A program made the position numbers and the translations under genes. From Vairimorpha necatrix (lineage: Eukaryota), in contig CP142733.1 of the NCBI GenBank assembly GCA_036630325.1, forward strand, positions 434,001 through 498,000: 64,000 bases of DNA. Reading direction: 5' to 3'. Of the stretch, positions 11,008 to 23,290 are shown one piece after another. The first letter of the stretch is position 1; each line of letters opens with the position of its first letter. The notes beneath the pieces were generated by a model, which did no database searches, had not been told where the DNA came from, and saw only the letters and a program-made list of their open reading frames with translations.

Positions 11008-11656
11008 GGTACATGACCGTTTGGAACCCGCTTGGGGAAAATGAACCCGCATTGAAATTTTTAAGGACCCCTTTAAAAAAATGGCAAAATTAGTAAAAAC
11101 AATGTTTGTTGAAGCAGATGAGGGTTTTAGTGATGAAATGTATTTATACATGGAATATAAAGAAAAGTTTATTTTGGAAATATTTGATGCTGAATCGGCG
11201 CGCGCCTTGCTCGTTTCTGTAACTAGTATAAATACTGCTTTTTCCTTGAGGCAATACAAGAAAATGTATAACCTGTTTCTATTATGATCTCTAATCAATT
11301 GGTAGCATATGATGCCACATTAGCCAAGCAAAGGGATGGAGCACAGTACTAAGAAACACTCCATAAATGCTGTAACCTCTTTCGATTCTGAGTCACAACA
11401 CTATATAATTTAGTTGGTTTTGGCTAGTTTCTATAAGAGATATTCGATCTTAACATAAACAAAGAAGAACACTATGAGTACCTTTTACAGTTTCACTGGG
11501 CTTTCCAAATTCCCAAAAATCACCGGATAAATTGTTTGTCATTATTTAAAATAAATCGTTAAGTCCCTTTTTAACAATTTTTTTTATTTTTCCTTTTTTT
11601 TGAATTTTTCAATGCGGGTTCATTTTCCCAAAGTGGGTTCCAAACGGTCATGTACC
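11008..11656 (+). mobile_element. internally deleted Merlin (DDE core only), 8-bp TSD AAAGAAAC
   Basis: ~50-bp TIR GGTACATGACCGTTTGGAACCC... TSD at 11000-11007 and 11657-11664. Remnants VEADE and LEAIQENV*PVSIMISNQLVAY match the Merlin core. Confidence 0.85.
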
Positions 11657-12421
11657 AAAGAAACTCATGCCCAGAAGGGTATGAAGAATAATAGAAATTG
11701 TAGTTAAAACATTCTTCTTGGTCTGTTGGGAAACCAACAGACCACAGTGTTAATCATCCTTTTTTTGTCTTTTTACAATGCGCTTTAAATGTTGAAGCAT
11801 ATTGTGTTTTCTAGAAAACTTTTTAGAACAAGATTTTGAGAGGCAAACAAAAGGTTTTATATCAGTAGGGATATGTAATGGCGCTTGTTTTAGCTAATAG
11901 ACGGCAATTCTTTGTTACGGCCATTGGCACAACGAAACATTACGGCGCCATTATTGTTTTTTTCTTAAATAAACTGTTATCAAAGTCAGAGAAACTATTT
12001 ATAGTTTCATTCTTCGGTGGGACGAGATCTATTTTTCTTGCTTCCTTTTCGATTTGTCTAGATTTTCTTTGAATTGGAAGGATAGCACGTCCCGATACGA
12101 TTTTATCCCTTCCTTTTCATTTTTATCCTTATTCTTATTAACTTCCTTACTTGTTTTCAACCGTTCACGATCCAAGTTTTCTGGAATGTAACTTTTTTCT
12201 TTGCAAAGTCTCTTATTTGCCCCTTTCTGCTTCCATGGCTGCTTGTTTTATATAAAAAGCTGGAATTTTCAGATTTCTGATGTTTTATGTCACTAGTGAA
12301 ATCAGAAGGTTCAGATTCTTATGATCCTCTTTTTCAAATTGGATTTTCTGAACTTTTTATATTGAGATATTTTTTACCTAACATATATCCTCATCAATTT
12401 TTGTATTGATGTTAATAATGG

Positions 12422-13524
12422 GGTGCTTCTTTGTTTTGCTGCCACCCAAAAATAGGGCAACAAAAATAAAAATAAAAAATAAAATATGCTTAATAAAATT
12501 AGGAATAAGCTTAATAAAATTAAGAATAAGCTTAATAAAATTAATTAAAATGTTTACTTCCTTATTCTTCCATACATTATTTAAATTTTTTTAAAAGGAA
12601 ATTCTTCGAGCCAAGATTCGATATTCACACGTTTTACTCCGTGCTGTTTAGTCATCTCTGATTTCATACCAGATCAAGAATTTTTAATATTATTAGTAGA
12701 AAATCCTTCTTCATTGGTAATTCCTATAGAATAATTTACCATAATTTGTCAAGTAAGAATTGCTGCTGCACCGGGATAACTAGGATGGCCATCAGAAATA
12801 AGAACTGATTCTGGTAAGACTTTATTCTCTATTATCCTTGTAAAAGTATTTATCTTTCGATTTGGAACTTCACTATACAATTTTTTTTTATTTACAGCTT
12901 CCATCCACCCCAAAATCCATACAGTATCTTTTGTTCCATCATCAGCTTTAGATGGAACTCTAATAGTTCCTCTTCCACACAGTACAGTTTCATCAACTTT
13001 AATTTGAACTCCCGATCCACCGATTTTTAAACGGTTTCCAATTTCTTCTAATATATTCTCTCAATTTAAGCTTTACTTTTAAAATAGTGTCATTTGACAC
13101 ACCTGTTACCTTTATAATCAATCTATAATTGCTGTTACAAAGGACTAATAACACAATGAAAATATAACTTCAAATAAAAACTTAAGGCCAGGTTAAAAGC
13201 TGTTCTTTGCCCTGTATTCTCGTCTCGAACACCTATAAACTAATCTTTCCTTTCCTTTTTCTAATAATATTACGAGCTTTGCTACGACATAATCACAAGA
13301 ACTACATCGTATAGTCAAATCAATGATTCCAGTCTCTATCATGTAGTCTTAACACGAGACAAGACTGGAAAACAAAGGATGTCTAAAATTAAAAAAAAAT
13401 TCCGGTTGTCATTTGGGGCATTTTATAAAAAAATAAAAATTATAACTTTTGCTTTTCTCTGTTCACTTGCCCCAGTGTTTTTTTTTTTTTTTTTTGGGGG
13501 GGGGCAGCAAAACAAAAAAGCGCC
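12422..13524 (-). mobile_element. Merlin transposon, decayed, TSD AATAATGG/AATAAAGG
   Basis: TIR GG(T/C)GCTT(C/T)TTTGTTTTGCTGCC. Remnants IGGSGVQIKVDETVLC, VWILG and SDGHPSYP. A 21-bp repeat occurs ~3 times near 12488-12545. Confidence 0.85.
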
Positions 13525-14075
13525 AATAAAGGTAAAAGGGGACATTTTCCCAGATGAATTGGGCAATATTTGTAGCTAGCCAATAATTTCATGAGTTATA
13601 ATTAAAAACAAAAAATTATAGGATAATTTATATATAGTTTCATTTTAACCTTTTTTATTTTCAATACAACTTTTTTGTATGATTTTTTTCATTTGCCATA
13701 TAAATTTAAGTGAATCAAGGACTTAGTTAACAATGTATAAATTTTTAATGATAAAAGTTTATAATTTAAAATTCTTCATTTCTGCAAATAAATTTCTATG
13801 TACATTACTTACAGATCATTCACAATATTTTTATAAATATGATATTTATTGTGAGAATTTGACTAAATAGTAATTAGCATACAATCAATTAGAATAATTT
13901 TTTAATGATTGTTTTTTCTGTTGAATTATAAAGATCATTTTCCTAAAAATGCATCTGTTTATTGACAAATTACTATTTAGGGGACAAATACTCATAAACG
14001 CTTACTTGGATGTTTAATTCCTATTAATATATCTATTTTAATCGATTTACTTTAAGCTCTTTCTTTACAGTATTT

Positions 14076-14857
14076 AGTTAAGTTCTCGACAACCCCCACC
14101 CCCACCCCCCAAAAAAATTAAAAAAAAATTATTTGACCCATAATGAGAATTAAAGAATTCAGAAAACTCATCTATAAAAAAAAATCAACAATGCAATTTT
14201 TAATTGCAAAAAACATTTTGAGAACCCCTATGTGCAATAAATGCAATATACCAATGACTCAAAATCGGTCCAACACTGAAAACTTCCGTTGTTATTTAAG
14301 ACGTGATGGTACAAAATGTTCTAACAAAGGAACCATAATGAAACAAAGCGTTTTTAAGAACTCAAAATTGCCTATTGAGGATCTTTTAATATTGCTTTGC
14401 GAATGGGTAAAGGGTTCAAGTAATTTGGCCGCCACGCTAGAACTTGATATAGGTAAATGTACGGTATCAAGATGGTTTACGCGTTTTAATAACGCCGTGT
14501 AAGTCTCCTATTCAACATATATAAACAATCAAACGATTGGCTGCGTCGGTTGTATTATTGAAATTGATGAAACTTTACTTGTAAAAAGTAAAAACCATGC
14601 GGGAAGGGTTCTTTAATATCAAGTATGGGCAATTGGAGGCGTTGTGAGAGGGGATGCGAATTCTTTTTTCTTTGAAATCGTAGAAAATAGAACAAGAGCT
14701 ACTCTTGTTAAATTAATCACAAGAAAAGTTGCTCCGGGACCACAATTGTGACAGATTGTTGGCGTGGCTATAGTGATATTCAAACAATCTTGCAGAATAT
14801 GAGTATCTACATTTGACTGTGAATTACAGCCAAAATTTTGTTGATAATATAACTGGT
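14076..14857 (+). mobile_element. 5' part of a Merlin (family of 4064-5271), truncated
   Basis: ORF 14143-14502 is clearly homologous to 4274-4582. It continues through IEIDET and TDCWRGY and breaks off at NFVDNITG. Confidence 0.85.
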
Positions 14858-17216
14858 GGGCGCTATTAAATTATCTCGACCACTTTTCAAAAGAGGGGTT
14901 AAAAAAATAAAAAGTTGGGAGATAGAAAATTTTTAAAAAAAAATTAGAAAAAAAACTGAATTTAATTTAAAATATTTATTAAAATTTTAATTAAGAGATG
15001 TAGAAAAAAGTAATATTATCTTAAAGAAGGTTAAAGGAGGGATTTTGGGTCATAATTATTTATATTTCTTTTTTTTTCCATACAAATTCATTTAAAAATT
15101 TGTGGATTCTCTTTTTATTTACACCACCTCGTGCTCGATATTGCTGCTTCAAATGAGACCACAGGTTTTCAATCTGATTGGAGTTTGTTCCTCCCTGTGT
15201 GCTAAACCCTTCACTGTGATTTACAACGTAGTGAACTGACCCAAATTTACGCACTGCCCATGGATACGAAGGATATCCATATGTTACTATTATAGAACTC
15301 GGCCTAACATATTGTTTAAAAAACTCAAATATTGTTGCTTTTTTTCTGTTTGGAATTATTTTTAAAACAAAATTTCTGAAATTTCCTTCTCATCGCCGCC
15401 TAAAATTCATTGTATCCCAGGAATATCATCATCTACACTTGATGGGTTCTCGATTATTAACCCATTACAAATAGCAGTTTCGTCGAATTGTACTTCGAAG
15501 CCTTCACCGCCAATCTGTATCTCCTCTTGTTCTCTTTCCCCAATCAGTTTATCGGTCCTACTAGGAAAATCGACCCCCCAAAAAATAAATATTTATTGAG
15601 TAACCAAACATTTTTCTAGAAGTAAAGCAAAAGCATGAGGAATTGAATATTTTTTTTATATTGGCAATGTCTTTTACGCCAAGAAAATTCTTCTAAAAAT
15701 TTAGAGATACGATTATGGTTTAACCCACTTCTTTTTCTATAATGAGTTTTAAGTAAGACCAGAAATTTTCAATCTGGTTTGTATGACCATCCTCTCCATT
15801 AACAAATCCCTTACTATGATTTACTATTTCATGTACTGATCCAAAATTAGCCACAGCTTTTGGATATGATGGATATCCATCAGTAACAATAATAGTTCCT
15901 GGAAAATATATTTTTTAAACTCTTCTAATAGAGTTTCATGTTTTCTATTAGGAACTAATGAAACAAAAAAATTCGTTCCATCACCTTCTATAACTCCTCT
16001 AAGTATCCATTGTATACTTTGAGTATCGTCTTGTATAGACGATGGATTATCAATCACCAGACCATTGCATATGGCCGTTTCATCAATTTGAATACGTGTA
16101 TTTTATCCACCTATTTTTTCGATTCTAGAAGGAGTCTCACTTATAATATCCATTAATACATTTTTAAATTCAATGTATGTGTTCTCGGCTATCTGACAAA
16201 AATTAATAGCTTGATAATTCGTGTATGAAAAGACCCAACAATACAAGCTCCTTAGAATCTTTTGAAATTCTATATTTGATTTAAAAAATTTGGTGCTTTT
16301 TTAGGGAGCACTTTCTTTTACATTTTTTACTTGGGCATTTGTACCCTTTCCCATCAATGAAGGAAGGTGTTGTAATCATTTTTATGTTTCTTACACAAAA
16401 TTTAGATACACATGGCATAACAGGTTTTATTACACCTATTTCTAACAAAAGTGTAATTGCCATGTCATTATCTTGGAATATAGGATTCCAAGGATCAACT
16501 TCTTCTACCTTTTCTAAAATTCCTTCTGTTAGCGTAATGGGTAAGAAAATGGAAAAAAATACCATAGCTTGGAAAATCGACCCCCTAGAAAAAAAAATAG
16601 ACAATAGAGTAAAAAAATCGAAAGATTTTTAGATTTTAAAGAAATGATAATTTTATTATACTGTTTTAAGTAGAGGGGTCGCTTTTCCTAGTAGCGCCAG
16701 TTCATCAATTATGTTTTTTAGTTTTATGTAGGTTGGCTCAGATATTCGGCATAAATTTACTGCGTGATTGCTGCTGGCGTTAAAAATCAAGCAATGTATT
16801 CCTTTTAAAACTTTGTTAGCATCAATTTTTATTTTTTCTAACTTTGAACCCTTCCTTATTAACATCCTTCTCCTACATGATGTGTTGACACATCGAAAAA
16901 CTTTCTTGTCTAGTGCTTTTCTCTCGGTTTGCAAGCGATTAGCACTACCACACTTATCACAAATAAGAGAACTTTGAAAACCTTCATGTCTTGTGAAAAA
17001 TTCCAATGCTCTTTAATTGTTTTGGAATATTTCGTGTGAGAAGTCTAAGCTTGTTAGCTCGTCAATGGGTCTTTTCGTGTTTATAACAAATTATTACCCT
17101 TTTTTCACCTTTACTCAATTATCTCGGCCAAGAAAAAGTTATTCTTTAAATTTGAACGAATTATTTATTTTTTACCCCTATTTTCACCCCTTGGTCGAGA
17201 TAATTTAGTAGCGCCC
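14858..17216 (-). mobile_element. Merlin transposon interrupted by a second Merlin; flanks do not match
   Basis: TIR GGGCGCTA(T/C)TAAATTATCTCGACCA at both ends. Transposase pieces 16699-17006 and 15060-15553 rejoin (IIDEL-IGERE..IGGEGFEVQFDETAIC). Confidence 0.88.
15554..16698 (-). mobile_element. nested Merlin, TSD AGTTTATC/AGTTCATC
   Basis: TIR GG..CTACTAGGAAAA(T/G)CGACCCC. TSD at 15546-15553 and 16699-16706. Remnants IQIDETAIC, TDGYPSYP, VNHS and HTNQIENFW. Confidence 0.88.
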
Positions 17217-18462
17217 CAAAATATAACTACAAAATCGAACACATCCCAGGAACTAAGAATGTGATGGCGGATGCTCTAAGCCGAAGTGTAATGATAACGA
17301 AAGGTATGGAGAAGGCCGGGGAACTGACATCCGAAGAAAAAACCGAGGTAATGTTGAGAAACCACCTTGAAGACGGCCATGGAGGAGCCGAGGCCACTTA
17401 CGTTCTGACATTACGTGAAACCAGTTGAAAAGGGGATGTAAAAAACATTATAAGCATACTTAAAGGATGTAGTATATGTAATAGGCACAGCAGAGGCCAA
17501 CACACCTGCGGAAATACAGATTGCCGCCGACAAATACACTTGATAAAATAGGAATAGACTCAGTAGGACCACTGCCAAAAAGCTACGATGGTAACAAATA
17601 CATTTTGATACCGACAGATTACGTCACTGGATGGTGCGAAGCGGATGCAATAAAAACCGAATCGTCTAACATGATAGCTAGATTCTTAGTAAAGAAAATA
17701 TTTTTAACCCATGGGTCGCCAAGAGAGATTTTGTCAGACCAAGGAAAGGAATTCACTAACAGGTTAGTGAAGAAAATCTGTGAAATGATGAAAAGTAGAA
17801 AATCTTTCACATCAAGCACCAACCCTAAATGCAACGGGCTGGCCTTGAGGACAGACCAAACATTAGTCGGGGAAGTTGGCTAAATTGGTAGATGGAAGAT
17901 GTGGGATGAATTCCTTCCATATGCAGTCTATGCATGCCGAATATCCCCAAGAAAGAGCACACGAAATTTACCGTTCGAAATAATCTACGGTAGTAAACCA
18001 AACAGTTATAACCAGGTGGAGGCAGAAATCTTAGAAGATAACGGATTGATTGCCGAGAGGGTCAACGAATTCAGAAAGTTGTTGATTGCGGAAGAAAAGT
18101 AGATCGGAGAAAAAGAGTTATAGTAATAAAAAAGGTAGAGACGTAGAGGATCTCGACTTGAACGAATATGTCAGGAGGAAAAAGTTACATGCAGAAGAAA
18201 AGAACAAGCTCGACTCCAATTTCGAAGGTATTTATAAGGTTATAAGGAAAGGCCTAAAAGGCAATTATGAGATAGAAGATTTACAAGGAAAACATTTTCA
18301 GTTAATAGAAAAGATATCGTGAAGGTAGAGCATTCAGATCCATTAGAATGGATCTCTTCTGAGAGGGAAGAGTGTCGGGCGACGAACCTACGCTGACAAT
18401 AAGAATCCCCAAATGTGAGTGATTCTTATTTAATATACATATAAAGGATGATATAAGCGACA
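17217..18462 (+). mobile_element. gypsy 3' fragment (end of RNase H, integrase, PPT and probable 90-bp LTR 18373-18462)
   Basis: KYNYKIEHIPGTKNVMADALSR, IGIDSVGPLP and SDQGKEF. PPT GAGAGGGAAGAG at 18361-18372, then TGTCG...CGACA. Confidence 0.8.
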
Positions 18463-19163
18463 GGTGATTATTTAATTAAAAATGTGAGCATTTTGAAAGC
18501 TACTTTTATTTTAGCAATTTACTCATTTCGGAATAGAACGTCGAAATGGTCTATTCCAAAAATTTCCCATTTATTTTCCAGCCCTTACCCTTCATCATGA
18601 GTTCAGGACACAATCCAAATAATTCTTTTATTCATACTCCATCTTCTATTTCAGATCAGACCTCGTGTCTGATCACAGCATTAAATACTGTCCTGTATCA
18701 CAGGAAGTTTTCTAAATTTAAAATAATTATTTAATATACTTTTATTATGGTTAATATTACTCTCGTTGCTATGGGCGTATGGGCTCTTCCCATTTCTAAA
18801 CTCACCCTTCATGTTTCTTTCCTCTTCTCTGAACATTGCGTACCCTTCTTCGTGAAGTTGTTTTTATATTTTAAAATGACGTTTTTACGATTTCAACATT
18901 TCAACAAACGTTAAAGTACTTACAATTGTACAACGAAATATTTAATTTCGTTTTGTTTGTTTGTTTGTATGACCTCACGATAGGTCATTGATGTTTGTCG
19001 GGTAGACACGTAATGCCAAATTGGGATGTTAGGCATAACATCACTGTTAAATAAAGTTTCTCCTTCCTTTTCATAATATTTTTAGATGGGTAAAATATTT
19101 ATTTATTATTTATAGTAAATATTTTACAGTAGATACTTTGGGTAAGTATCTACAATAAAGTAA

Positions 19164-20476
19164 TTACAGGATAATCTCAGTAACTAGATTATCATCCTGT
19201 AACATACTCCCTTTCTTTAAACTCTCCCAATCCGTGGGATCTGAATTCTCAATTAGTTGTAAGTCTTTTTCATTATACCGAAATAGTTTTCCATACATGT
19301 ACTCGATCTCAAAACCACCAGAATCAAAATTTCTTCTTACCAGATAAGGTCCTGTCCATTTATCATCAAGCTTATTCAGTTTTTCAAATGGATCCTTTTT
19401 CTTCATAACCGCATCTCCTACTTGAATATTTTTGCCTTTGACTCTATCATTCGCGCGTTGTATGTCTTTATTTCTATCTTTTATCACCTTTTCGTGTAAC
19501 TTTTTCCGTAACAACTCAATCTTCTTAAGTGTATCGTTTTCTTCTATAAATGCTGCTCCACCATCTTCTTTCTCCGTAGTTATATCCTTAGGCTCTCTCT
19601 TATATAACAATCTAAAAGGACTACTCTTGAATTTTATTAGTGGTGTTATCCTATATGCGTATAGCGCAAATGGTAGGAACATATCCCACTCTGACCATCT
19701 TCCATTGCATATCTTAGCCAGCCTTGCAATAGGGGTACGGTTTAGTCTCTCCGTTTGTCCATTACACCTTAATGGTAGGCGCTTGTAAACGACTTCCTAG
19801 TATTTATCATTAAACACAGTTTCTTTATGATTTTATTGTTAAACTCAAGTCCTTGATCAGTCAATATTACTTCCGGAGGTCCATGTCTCAATAAAAATTC
19901 TTCATAAATAAATTTCGCTACAGATTCCGCATCTTTTCTTTTTAAAGCTCTCACTTCTGCCCATTTAGTTAGATAGTCTGTTCCTACCAGAATAAATTTA
20001 TTTCCACCGTCTGTTGTAGGCAAAGGACCAACTATGTCCAACCCAATCATATAGAACGGACTTTTTATTTCCACACGTCTAATATTGTTTTGCAACGTCT
20101 TGTCTCTAAATCTTCTACAAGTCTCACAGTTACGAATATATTCAACTACTCTGTTTCTTATATTTGGTACACTCGCAATATTTCTGATGTACATTATAGT
20201 AGAATCTATACCTCCATGGCCAAGCTCTAAGTGTGCTCTCTGTATAAGTTTTGCTATTGTTTCATTGTCTTCTTCAATATTTATTCTATCTTCATTTTTA
20301 ACCACCGTTTGACACTTTCTTAATTGGCAATTTTCTAATACACCACGTGAAAGTACATCAGCCAAGACATTATCTGAACCTTCGATATGTTCGATTTCAT
20401 ATTTATAATTTTGCAGTTTCATTATCCATCTTGCCAATCTCCCTATGGGTGTTTTCTGTTTCATTAACCATATCAA
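19164..20476 (-). pseudogene. gypsy RNase H end + integrase, one frameshift near 19769
   Basis: HLELGHGG..CETC, IGLDIVGPLP, TDQGLEF and KWTGPY. Confidence 0.9.
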
Positions 20477-20551
20477 TGAACTATAATCTGTCCTGATGAT
20501 AAAATCGTTAGATAAATATACTTTAAGTTTTTCAATGGACCATACAATAGC

Positions 20552-21658
20552 TTAACACTCTTTCTCAGTTGTAGTGTAATTAATTTCAGCGCTATTTAGC
20601 GCTCTACTTATCCACGTTATAGGCATTTCTTTTCCCGTATCTGTAAATTGTGTGAGTACTCCCGCAATTCCAATGTCCGAGGCATCAGTATATAAATAAA
20701 ATGTCTTATTCATATCTGGTAAAAGTAAAGGTTTGGCATTTAATATTTCTTGTTTCAGGCGCTCTAAAGCTTTTTCTTCTTCGTCTCCAAATATAAAATT
20801 ACCTTTCTTTAACCTTTTTAATAACGGCATAGCCTTCATGGTATATGATGGGATAAATCGTTTAAAATATACTATAAATCCTAAAAGTTTTCTTAAGTCG
20901 CTGACGTTCTTTGGATTTTCTAGGGTGTTAACCTTATCCAATTGGTCCGATTTAATTTTAAGTTCTCCATTCTCTACAGTGTGTCCTAAAAAATCAATTT
21001 TACTCACTGCGAATGCACATTTTTTCATGTTAAGTCTGAGTCCAAATTTTGACAAAATTTCCAGGACTTCTCTCACATCGTCGACATGTTTGTCTTTCCC
21101 TCTTGAGAATATTAAAATATCATCAAGGTAAACAACTACTTTCCTCCAAAGTATATCTTTAAATATCCAATTCATAATCTTCTGAAACGTAAAAGGGGCA
21201 TTGACTAAGCCAAATGGCATCTTAGTCCATTCATATACACCTTGCTTTACAATAAATGCAGTTTTATGAATATTTCTTGGGTTCATTTCGATCTGATGGT
21301 AACCCATCTCCAAATCTAAAGTGGAGTACATATCTGTCCCCTGGATAGCATCTATTGCTTCGTCCATGTGAGGGATCGGGTATGGCGTACTGATTGTGTT
21401 TTCATTCAACTTTCTATAGTCAATACACATTCTCATACCTCCGTCTTTTTTAGGTGCAAGCACTACGGGGGAAACATAATTACTCGTGCTCTCTCGTATT
21501 AATTCATTCTGTAACATCTCATCTATTTTATTTTTAATTATGAGATTCTGTTGCGGATTTCTTCTATATGGTTTACAACATATAGTTTTACTTTGATCTT
21601 TAAGTTTAATATCATGTCTAAAAGGTAAAATTTTCTCCTTATTACCGGATTCTTTCAT
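20552..21658 (-). CDS. gypsy reverse transcriptase + RNase H (premature TAA at EKEC*)
   Basis: RMCIDYRKLN, LDLEMGYHQI, MPFGLVNAP, YLDDILI and YTDAS. Confidence 0.93.
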   Translation of the reverse strand: MKESGNKEKILPFRHDIKLKDQSKTICCKPYRRNPQQNLIIKNKIDEMLQNELIRESTSNYVSPVVLAPKKDGGMRMCIDYRKLNENTISTPYPIPHMDEAIDAIQGTDMYSTLDLEMGYHQIEMNPRNIHKTAFIVKQGVYEWTKMPFGLVNAPFTFQKIMNWIFKDILWRKVVVYLDDILIFSRGKDKHVDDVREVLEILSKFGLRLNMKKCAFAVSKIDFLGHTVENGELKIKSDQLDKVNTLENPKNVSDLRKLLGFIVYFKRFIPSYTMKAMPLLKRLKKGNFIFGDEEEKALERLKQEILNAKPLLLPDMNKTFYLYTDASDIGIAGVLTQFTDTGKEMPITWISRALNSAEINYTTTEKEC

Positions 21659-22983
21659 ATATTTGTACAGTAAGCACTTAATATTTTTTTGACTTCTTCA
21701 TGTTCACCAAACTTGCATTCTAATGCCTCTATTTCCATGGGCATTTCCTCGCTTATTACTGATTTTAAACTGTACTCTTCTGTTTCCAATTTATGCCTTG
21801 TTCCATCATTAAAGATTTCAATTTCATTTTCTTCCCAATAAACTTTAATACCTAAATGTCTACTTGTTATACTACCGATGAGTATATTTTCATTAAGATC
21901 TTCCATTACCGCAAATTCTGTTTCGTAAGCGTGCATGTTATTTTTATCACGCAATACCGCTTTTAACATGCCTACCGAGCTATCCTTTCTAGTTGCTAAA
22001 TTGACCGAAATTCTATTTTCTATATCTATTGGGATATTTAACATCTTCATCAGGTCGTAACTAATGTAATTAATGTCGGCTCCATAGTCTAGTAGTGCTG
22101 GTACTTTTCCTCCGCCAATTTTCACCAAAAATCTAGGGACATTGGCTGTTTTGCTACTACATGTTAATGTCATCAGTTTCTTATCTGAACACTTCTTATA
22201 ATCATTTCTGTCACCCGTATTGGTTTGTATTATGCTATTCGATTTATTCTTTGATAGTTCTGGACAATTACTTCTATAATGTTGACCTTTGCAATTGTAA
22301 CAGCTAATAAATTTCTTTTGAAAACCACTTCTCACATCTTCCGATTTATTCTTGCTAATTTGCATCTTAGATTGTTCTTTATTTTCATTCTCAGAATCTA
22401 TCTTAACTGCCAATTTCAAAACTGCCATCCAACTCTTACAATCCCTGTATCGATTTGCATTCCCAACTGGTATATTCATAACTACCGTATTAATAACATC
22501 TTTTAGTGGTATAGTAATGTTTTTGTGTATTGAGTAAATTTCTAACCATAATATCTCGTTGTTACATTCTCTCAACTTCTTATGTAGTAGTATATTCAAC
22601 AATTTACTGTTGCCAGAAACTTCTTCGGGGCTGAAGTATTCTAAGAACTGTTGTTCAAATTCAACTACATATTCAAACACATTATATCTTGAGCCTTCAA
22701 ACCAGAGTCGAGCTTTTCCAGTGAGATTAGTTTCTACAAAACCAAAATATTCTTCTTCGGTCCAAGATTCTCTAAATTGTTTAAATTGTAGTAAGAACTC
22801 TTCTGCTTCCGTCCTTTTACCATCAAATTTTCTGAAGTTGTATGTACCCCTGATGTTGATTTTCATTGCAGCTAATTGTTTTTCTAGCATCTCTACTGTA
22901 TTTCTAGTCGTTTGCTTCTCGACTGGTTCCATATCATCTTCGTTGTCGCCATTTGTTAAATAAAGTTTCTCCTTCCTTTTCAT
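21655..22983 (-). CDS. gypsy gag + aspartic protease
   Basis: Zinc knuckle CYNCKGQHYRSNC. Protease ALLDYGADINYI ... ILIG (the catalytic DxG reads DYG). Confidence 0.88.
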   Translation of the reverse strand: MKRKEKLYLTNGDNEDDMEPVEKQTTRNTVEMLEKQLAAMKINIRGTYNFRKFDGKRTEAEEFLLQFKQFRESWTEEEYFGFVETNLTGKARLWFEGSRYNVFEYVVEFEQQFLEYFSPEEVSGNSKLLNILLHKKLRECNNEILWLEIYSIHKNITIPLKDVINTVVMNIPVGNANRYRDCKSWMAVLKLAVKIDSENENKEQSKMQISKNKSEDVRSGFQKKFISCYNCKGQHYRSNCPELSKNKSNSIIQTNTGDRNDYKKCSDKKLMTLTCSSKTANVPRFLVKIGGGKVPALLDYGADINYISYDLMKMLNIPIDIENRISVNLATRKDSSVGMLKAVLRDKNNMHAYETEFAVMEDLNENILIGSITSRHLGIKVYWEENEIEIFNDGTRHKLETEEYSLKSVISEEMPMEIEALECKFGEHEEVKKILSAYCTNI

Positions 22984-23290
22984 AATATTTTTAGATGGGT
23001 AAAATATTTATTTATTGTCAAGCGCCCAGGGCGCACGTGCGCCCAGCCCGCACAAAAACGAAGTTTTTGCCGGGTTCGAGCGCAGTGAGAACAATTTTTT
23101 TTTCCGAAGGAAAATTAAGGAATAAAAAATAATAGATTTGTTTTACTTTAAAAAGATAATTAAATTGTTTAGATTTACAGAAGTTTTTTTTTGCATGGGA
23201 ATATTTTTGATATTGGAATCTTTTTAAACTCAAGATAATATGTTGGGTTCGGGAATCCTTATAAGTAAAAGTACTGACAAAATATATAAA

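Noticed and set aside
11081-11287. Captured cargo gene in a TIR element
   Set aside because: With one frameshift it reads as the Merlin DDE core.
1786-17006. Bacterial IS1595/ISXO2 elements indicating contamination or a prokaryotic source
   Set aside because: They are interleaved by TSD-verified nesting with LTR retrotransposons and lie next to eukaryotic genes, so they are eukaryotic Merlin elements.
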